The notes beneath the pieces are model-generated. The model saw nothing but the letters and a program-made list of their open reading frames with translations. It made no database searches and was not told the DNA's origin. A program made the translations under genes and the position numbers. A stretch of DNA of 63,984 nt, the filler included, from Conidiobolus incongruus B7586 (lineage: Eukaryota), in the NCBI GenBank assembly GCA_000697335.1. It is 12 parts of 12 records of this genome, joined end to end, with 100 filler letters (N's around TTAATTAATTAA, not from the genome) between each part and the next. Parts side by side here need not be neighbours in the genome. Positions count along the whole stretch, not along the records: positions 55,064 to 56,315 come from JNEM01007376.1; positions 56,416 to 58,619 come from JNEM01007377.1; positions 58,720 to 61,581 come from JNEM01007378.1; positions 61,682 to 62,868 come from JNEM01007380.1; positions 62,969 to 63,984 come from JNEM01007423.1; 7 more parts are not named here. One strand, given 5' to 3'. Shown in pieces: positions 55,853 to 63,984 of the stretch (positions within the stretch are counted from its first letter, which is position 1; every line of letters starts with the position of its first letter).

Positions 55853-56315
55853 TGTCAGGTGTTAACACTGACAACAATGGGCTTTACAAGCTTAAACAGG
55901 GAATCACCAGTGGTAAACAATAAATTACCACGTAATTAAGGGAAATTATTGGGGTTCACCAAAGTAGGTGAAAATAACTTGTTACGAATCAGGTTCTTTG
56001 AATAAAGTAAATATCTCACGCTTGTCACAACTCAACACTTTTGTGAGGGCTACAAGAAAAACTTAGAGACAGTATACTTTTGAAAATGAAGATAGAAGAT
56101 GTGTTTATTAGTTTGCTTGTGATAATCTTATATTAGGTTCCATTGTTGATTTTTGTGGACATGAACAACTTACAGGCAGAAAGTAATAGGATCAACTAGT
56201 TCATAGGGTGTGATATCTCCAATGTGACTTCTCGAATCCTGCGGTAATCGGAGTTTCTTGAGTAATTGACAGGATTATTCTCCATCAATACCTCTGTTTT
56301 ACCTTTGTTTGTCCC
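55853..56315. mobile_element. Putative LTR-retrotransposon terminal repeat fragment
   Basis: Sharp compositional boundary starting TGTCAG, inserted in a Tc1 relic. Retains CpG and ends in a gap. No coding evidence is visible. Confidence 0.45.
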
Positions 56316-56415
56316 NNNNNNNNNNNNNNNNNNNNNNNNNNNNNNNNNNNNNNNNNNNNTTAATTAATTAANNNNNNNNNNNNNNNNNNNNNNNNNNNNN
56401 NNNNNNNNNNNNNNN

Positions 56416-58016
56416 TATATTATTTAATAATAAATAAATATATTTAGATATATTTAATAAACTATTAGCAAAAATATTAACCTTTAATATTTAACTAATG
56501 TGAGTTATAAATTTGTAGGTTTTTGAGATAAAAGGATATATTTAATAATATATAACCATATCTTTTTTCTCTCTTTGTTATTATTTTATATAATATTTTA
56601 TAGATATACTAAATTTTTTTATTAGTATTATTATACTTAAATCCCTCTCTAAAAAAATCTACTTGTGTATTAATTAACTTTATAAAAAAGATAAATCAAC
56701 TTGTAATATTGTTAGAATTATTAGTGTTAGTTAATTTATTATAGTTAAGGTTGTTAAGAATAAAAATAAAAAAACATTTAAAATTAAATTTAAGTGTGTT
56801 AAAATTATAAATAAATATAATAAGAAGTATATTTGTAAGTTAGTTAATACAAGCAAATATAATACTATTGTAGAAATATAATAGGAATTATAAAACTATA
56901 TAAGAATATTAGTTAACACTAATATTATTATATATACTTTATATTAATATAGATACCACTTACACTTTAAGAAAAAACACCCCTAACTAAAAAAATCTTA
57001 TTATAAAACTAGGTAAAAGTTTAAATGTCATTACTAATATTAAATTAAAATTAATTAAAGTAAAGTTATTTAGTTTAATGAAACAAAAATATACTTTAGT
57101 AAATTTGATAAAAAAACTAAATACTTTAAAAAAGATATAAAATTACTTTATAGCTATTATATTAATTTTACCTAAAAGTATAATAGTAGATTAATTATTA
57201 TTTAAGGATATATATTATCTTTAGGTGTAAAGTATTTTTATAAAGTTGATAAGGGAATTAATATTAAAATGTATTAAAATATTCTAAATAATAAATTTAA
57301 AAAAACCATTAAATAATATAAGTTAAATAAATTTAATGTTATTTTTTAGTAAGATAATACTTTTTATTATACTACAACTTCTATTATCAAATAACTTAAA
57401 AATAACAAGATAATAGTTATGAAGTAGTTTCTTTAATTTTTTAACTTTAATCTAATTAAATACCTTTAGGATTAGTTAAAAAAAGTTATTAAAGTTTTCC
57501 CCCTAGTAAAAAATTTAAATCAACTTTAAAAATATATTTAAGAAGTATAAAACAAGATTAACCTTTTTTAATATAAGAAGTTAATTGATTCTATACCCTA
57601 TAAACTTAAAGAAGTTAAAAAAGTTAATAAAGTTTTCCCCCTAGTAAAAAATTTAAATCAACTTTAAAAATATATTTAAGAAGTATAAAACAAGATTAAC
57701 CTTTTTTAATATAAGAAGTTAATTGATTCTATACCCTATAAACTTAAAGAAGTTAAAAAAGTTAAAGGTAAATACACTAGGTTTTAATTTTTTTTATCAC
57801 TAAAAACCTATAAATTTATAACTCACCTTAGATAAAATTTAAAGGTTTATATTTTAACTAATTAATAACTAAATATCATCATTTAATGATATATATAACT
57901 AATAAATATAATAGTTTTTAATTATTTAATTTAAGTTTATTTTATTAAATATTAATCAAGTTATTAGTAAAAATATAGGTATTTTTGCTTTTATAACTTA
58001 CTTTTGCAGGTTAGTA
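56416..58016 (+). mobile_element. Tc1 DD34E copy with an internal 138-bp tandem duplication
   Basis: Colinear with 13269-14801. 3' TIR cttttgcaggttagta followed by TA. Confidence 0.88.
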
Positions 58017-58018
58017 TA

Positions 58019-58552
58019 TTAATTAATCTATAAATATTTTTTTATCATGTTTATTTATAATTATAATACATTTAAATTTTAATTTAAGTTTTTTTTAACA
58101 TTATTCTTAATAACCTTAATTATTGTAAATTAACTAATATTAATAATTCTAATAATTTCATAAGTTAATTTTTTTATTATAAAATTAATTAATATATAAG
58201 TAAACTTTTTTAGAGAGAAATTTAAGTATTATAATTTTAATTTTAAAATATTAGCATAATAGTTTTAAAATATATATAATATAGCAAAAAAAAAAGAAGA
58301 TGTATATAAGTTTTGTTATTTATACTCTTTTAACTTATAAACCAGTAAATTTATAGCTTACTTTGGTTAAATTTTAAGTTTTGATATATTAACTAATAAT
58401 TAATAAATTATAATCCAATATAGTTTGTTTTAATTAATTAATATAGGTAAATTATATTTTTTTATTTTTAATTGATTTAATTCAGAATTAATTAAGATAT
58501 AAGTAAATACTTAAGCAATTTTAATTTTATTACTTATTTATATAGATTAATA
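58019..58552 (-). mobile_element. Older Tc1 copy (5' part), host of the preceding insertion
   Basis: Resembles 26828-27225 and ends in a TIR relic. Confidence 0.7.
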
Positions 58553-59557
58553 TATTTTATCAAAAGTAAAATATTTTTGATAATTAAGAATAAAGTATAA
58601 ATTATTAATATAAAATCAANNNNNNNNNNNNNNNNNNNNNNNNNNNNNNNNNNNNNNNNNNNNTTAATTAATTAANNNNNNNNNNNNNNNNNNNNNNNNN
58701 NNNNNNNNNNNNNNNNNNNGTGATAAAAAAAAATTAAAACTTAGCATATCTACCTTTAGCTTTTCTAACTTCTTTAAGTTTCTATAGTATAAAATCAATT
58801 AACTCTTTATATCAAATTGGTTAACTTTATTTTATATTTTTTAAATATATTCCTAAAGTTAATTTAAATTTTTTATTAAAAGAAAAGCTTTAATTATTTT
58901 TATTGAACTAATATTAAAGATATTTAGTTAGGTTAAAATTAAAAGATTAAAAAACTATTTTATTATTATTATATTGTTATTTTTAAGCTATTTGGTAGTA
59001 AAAGCTAAAATATAGTAAAAGATATTATCTTGTTGGAAAATAACATTAGATTTGTATAACTTATATTATTCTAAGTTTTTTTTAATTTATTATTTAAAAT
59101 ATTTAATATATCTTAATATTAATTCCCTTATTAATTTAATAACAATACTTTATATTTGAAATAAGCTATATTTTTAAATAATAATTAACCTATTAATATA
59201 TTTTTCAATATAGTTAACATAATAGTTATAAAGTAATTTTATATATTTTTCAAAGTGTCTAATTTTTTTATTAAATCTATTAAAATATATTTTATTTTAT
59301 TAAATCAAATAATTTTAATTAATTTTAGTTTAATATTGATAAAAATATTTAAACTTTTACCTAGTTTTATATTAGGATTTTTTTAATTTAAGGTCTTTTT
59401 TCTTAAGATATAAATGGTATTTATATTAATATAAAGCATATATAATAATATTAATATTAATTAATATTCTTATATAGTTTTATAGTTCCTGTTATATCTT
59501 GATTATAATACTATATTGCTTTATTTTAATTAATTTATATATATATTTCTTATAATA

Positions 59558-61400
59558 CACTAACCTACAAAAGTAAGTTAGAAAATCAAAAACACTTATA
59601 TTATTACTAATAACTTGATTAATATTTAATGAAATAAACCTAAATTAAATAATTAAAATCTATTATATTTATTAGTTATATATATCATTAAATGATAATA
59701 TTTAGCTATTAATTGGCTAAAATATAAACCCTTAAATTTTACCTAAGGTGAGTTATAAATTTGTAGGTTTTTGGTGATAAAAAAAAATTAAAACTTAGCA
59801 TATCTACCTTTAGCTTTTCTAACTTCTTTAAGTTTGTGTGGTATAGAATAAACTAACTTTTTACACTAGGAAAGGTTAATCTTATTCTATGCTTTTTAAA
59901 CATATTCTTAAAGTTAAATTAAATTTTTTGCTATGGGGACAACTTTAATAGCTTTTTTTAATTAATCTTAAAGGTATTTAATTAGATTAAAGTTAAAAGA
60001 TTAAAGAAACTACTTTATAACTGTTATCTTGTTATTTTTAAGCTCTTTAATAGTAAAAGTTATAGTATAACAAGAGGTATTATCTTACTAGAAAATAACA
60101 TCAGATTTATTTAACTTATATTATTCAATGGTTTTTTTCAATTCATTATTTAAAATACTTTAATATATTTTAATATTAATTCCCCCATTAACTTTACAAA
60201 AATACTTTACACCTAAAGACAACATACATCCCTAAACAATAATTAACCTATCACTATACTTTTGGGTAAAATTAATATAATGGTTATAAAATAGTTTTGT
60301 TTCTTTTCTAAAGTATCTAGCTTTTTTATTAGATCTATTAAAGTATATTTTTGTTTGATTAAACTAAATAACCTTATTCTAATTAGTCTCAATTTAATAT
60401 TGATAGCAATATTTAAACTCTTACCTAGCTTTATAATAAGATTTCTTTAGTTGGGGGTGTTTTTTCTTAAGGTATAAGTAGTATCTATGCTAATGTAAAG
60501 TATATATAATAGTATTAATACTAACTAATATTCTTGTATAGTTTTATAGTTCCTGTTATATTTCTATAGTAATATTATATTTGCTTATATTAACTAACCT
60601 ATAAATATACTTCTTATTATATTCATTTATAATTTTAACATACTTAAGTTTGGGTTTAAATGTTTCTTTATTGTTATTCTTAATAGCTTTAATTATAATA
60701 AACTAGATAACACTAGTAATTCTAATAATATCATGAGTTGATTTACTTTTTTTATAAAGTTGATTGATGCATAAGTAAATTTTTTTAGAGAGGGATTTAG
60801 GTATAATGATACTAATAAAAAAAATTTAGTATATCTGTAAAATATTATATACAATAATAGCAAAGAGAGAAAAAAAATATAGTTATATAATGTTAAATAT
60901 ATCCCTTTATCTCAAAAACCCACAAATTTATAATTTACCTTGGTTAAATATTAAGGGTTAATATTTTTGCTAATATTACTTTGTAATTTAAATAATGGGA
61001 ATTTTTTGCGATTGAAAAAAAATAAACATTTTAATATATACAAAGTAAAAATAAATATATAATATAAAATTAATAATTTCCTTTTTTAATCAAAAAAATT
61101 ATTATATATATATATATATATATAATTCAAAACTATTTATTTTCCTATTTGTTTTGTATATATTTGCTTATTTGAAACTAATAATATGTTTGAAAAATCG
61201 GAAATTAAAAAATTTCCCATTTCTTCGATTCCATGGTAATAGTTTACTAAATATATCTTAATATATTTATTTATTATTATATAATATACCTTATTTATAT
61301 ATTATAGTTTCAAGTAATCTAATATATACAATTGTTTTAGTAATTAATTAAAATATATATATATATTTTTGATTTTAATACTTACTTTTACAGGTTAGTA
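59558..61400 (-). mobile_element. Full-length Tc1 DD34E copy (~1577 bp net) containing a mariner MITE
   Basis: TA|cactaacctacaaaagtaag ... cttacttttacaggttagta|TA. Confidence 0.92.
60976..61239 (-). mobile_element. 264-bp non-autonomous mariner-B deletion derivative (MITE)
   Basis: Both ends of the 24889-26208 element are fused at ~61081. TA duplication at 60974-75 and 61240-41. Confidence 0.92.
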
Positions 61401-61681
61401 TATTTATTTAAAATATTAACATATATAAGTCTAAATTTAAATATGTTTTTATTATCATTCTTAATAGCTTCAATTATATTAAACTAGCTAATATTAGTAA
61501 CTATAATAATATTATAAATTGATATATCTTTTTTATAGAGTTAATTAATATATATATATATATTTTTAAAGAGGTATTTAANNNNNNNNNNNNNNNNNNN
61601 NNNNNNNNNNNNNNNNNNNNNNNNNTTAATTAATTAANNNNNNNNNNNNNNNNNNNNNNNNNNNNNNNNNNNNNNNNNNNN

Positions 61682-62868
61682 CAGATATACTAAATTTTTT
61701 TATTAGTATTATTATACCTAAATCCCTCTTTAAAAAAATCTACTTGTATATTAATTAACTTTATAAAAAAAGTAAATCAACTTATAATATTGTTAGAATT
61801 ACTAGTGTTAGTTAGTTTACTATAGTTAAAGTTATTAAAAATAACAATAAAGATACATTTAAATTTAAATTTAAATGTGTTAAAATTATAGATAAATATA
61901 ATAAGAAGTATATTTGTAAGTTAATTAATATAAATAAATATAATACTACTATAAAAATATAACAAAAATTATAAAACTATATAAGAATATTAGTTAGCAC
62001 TAATATTATTATATATACTTTACATTAATATAGATACTATTTACATTTTAAAAAAAATACTTTTAATTAAAGAAATCCTATTATAAAGTTAAGTAAAAGT
62101 TTAAATATCACCATTAATATTAAATCAAAACTAATTAGAATAAAGTTATTTAGTTTAATAAAACAAAAATATATATTAGTAAATCTAATAAAAAAACTAA
62201 ATTTTTTAAAAAAGATACAAAACTACTTTATAGTTATTATGTTAATTTTACCCAAAAATACAATAGTAGGTTAATTATTATTTAAAGATATATATTATTT
62301 TTAAGTGTAAGGTATCTTTATAAAGTTAATAGGGGAATTAATACTAAAATATACCAAAGTATTTTAAACAATAAATTGAAAAAAACTATTAAATAATATA
62401 GGTTAAACAAATCTGATGTTATTTTCTAGTAAGATAATAACTTTTATTATACTACAACTTTTATTACTAAATAGCTTAAAAATAACAAAATAATAGTTAT
62501 AAAATAACCTCTTCAATCTTTTAACTTTAACCTAATTAACACTTTTGGGATTAGTTAAAAAAAGTTATTAAAGCTTTTCTCTTAACAAAAAATTTAAATC
62601 AATTTTAAAAATATATTTAAAAAGTATAGAATAAGATTAATTTTTTTTAGTGTAAGAAGTTAATTGATTTTATACCCTATAAACTTAAAAAAGTTAGAAA
62701 AGCTAAAGGTAGATATATTAAGTTTTAATTTTTTTTATCACTAAAAACCTACAAATTTATAATTTACCTTAGATAAAATTTAAGTGTTTATATTTTAACC
62801 AATTAATAGCTAAATACCATTATATAATGATATATATTATTAATAAATATAATAGATTTTAATTATTT
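61682..62868 (+). mobile_element. Tc1 DD34E copy, internal part between two gaps
   Basis: Colinear with 13523-14715. Confidence 0.88.
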
Positions 62869-62968
62869 NNNNNNNNNNNNNNNNNNNNNNNNNNNNNNNN
62901 NNNNNNNNNNNNTTAATTAATTAANNNNNNNNNNNNNNNNNNNNNNNNNNNNNNNNNNNNNNNNNNNN

Positions 62969-63262
62969 CAAAAGCTGTTTGTAAATTTTGAATGATTTTA
63001 GAGGGTTTGTGGTTAAGTTTTACTGATACTAAAATAAAAAACTTTTGATGGTCACTATTTGGTTTAAGCATGATTAAATTAAACAACTAATTTTAAAAAA
63101 TTCATTTTTTAATCAAAAAAATTATTATATATATATATATATATATAATTCAAAACTATTTATTTTCCTATTTGTTTTGTATATATTTGCTTATTTGAAA
63201 CTAATAATATGTTTGAAAAATCAGAAATTAAAAAATTTCCCATTTCTTCGATTCCATGGTAA
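62969..63262 (-). mobile_element. Mariner-B 5' end fragment
   Basis: Near-identical to 25915-26208. TIR followed by TA. Confidence 0.9.
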
Positions 63263-63483
63263 TAGTTTAAAATAACTCATTTAATATTCAAACATTAGTC
63301 AAATATATATATAAACTTGATAATTTAGAATATAGTTCTAGTAATTAAATATATTAAAATTTTACAAACTAGAAATTAAAATAATAAAATAATTAAATTA
63401 TTGGAATATATTGATAATTGATTCAACTTAATAATAGTTAAAAAATAAAATCGGAAATGTCAAAAATTTGACTAATAAAAATA

Positions 63484-63555
63484 AGGGCGCAGTCGGATTT
63501 GAACCAACGACCTATCGATCTGCAGTCGATTGCTCTACCACTGAGCTATACGCCC
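63484..63555 (-). tRNA. tRNA-Cys(GCA)
   Basis: GGGCGTA..TGCGCCC-T acceptor stem, TCGA-CTGCAGA-TCGA anticodon arm, GGTTCAAATCC T-loop and a downstream T-run. Confidence 0.96.
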
Positions 63556-63565
63556 TCAATATTAT

Positions 63566-63984
63566 TGTCACGGTTATTAGCTCCTTGAGCGTCATCGAGG
63601 ATACTGACATAGCCATTGTGTAAGCCAGATTGTGAAGCATTGTGCCTACAAACTGAGGTAGACTGCCGATGATCAGTTCCCTGGCGATCCGACCATGATT
63701 ACTGTTGAATGGGGCATTAAAGAGGGCGACTAAATCAGCAGTAGTAGTGGCAGTGTGAGGATTTGACATGCTAAGAAGGCAAAGTCACAGAATATCAATA
63801 GGAATGGATGCAGACGGATAATAGAATATGTCTCAAGTGAAGCTATAAGCGGCCTCTTGAGTACGTTTGAGAGCAGGTTTTTAGTAGGAAAATAAGTTTT
63901 ATTTGTGGAGTAGAATAGAAAGTCCTTTTTTGGATTGAGTGGGAAGGGTTGGCATAAATAGGCCATTACGGATCAATAGCGTGG
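63566..63984. mobile_element. Putative LTR-retrotransposon end adjacent to tRNA-Cys
   Basis: Abrupt switch to much higher GC starting TGTCACGG, a typical LTR terminus. Continues beyond the window. Confidence 0.55.

Larger units (their letters stand above)
58720..61581 (-). mobile_element. Older Tc1 host copy (58720-59557 and 61401-61581)
   Basis: The flanks join as contiguous Tc1 sequence across the TA duplication. Confidence 0.8.

Noticed and set aside
63512..63966. Short ORFs of 85 and 78 aa
   Set aside because: One overlaps the tRNA-Cys gene. Both lie in an LTR-like tract and lack recognisable motifs.

Overview
Very AT-rich eukaryotic genomic DNA with short (~50 nt) GT-AG introns. The gene content points to a fungus, and by inference an early-diverging, non-Dikarya one (Conidiobolus-like; not proven). 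Contigs are joined by 100-nt N gaps carrying an artificial TTAATTAATTAA linker. Genes: peroxisomal thiolase, mitochondrial ribosomal S21, SulP-STAS-cNMP transporter, two kelch-repeat membrane proteins, eIF3a, CDF zinc transporter, 2-Cys peroxiredoxin, ACR3 arsenite exporter, Prp5 helicase (cut by a gap) and three tRNAs. The most notable hidden gene is a 4-exon ORF at 35404-36267 (-) that splices into a bacterial-type RNase P protein (RnpA-like) with a mitochondrial-type presequence. About a quarter of the window is nested DD34D mariner and DD34E Tc1 (IR/DR-type) transposons, inactivated by dense C->T/G->A transitions (RIP-like). Several insertions sit at TA sites that the mutation process seems to have created. 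An LTR-like element begins 10 bp upstream of a tRNA-Cys gene, and an ATCCCATAA motif recurs upstream of four housekeeping genes.
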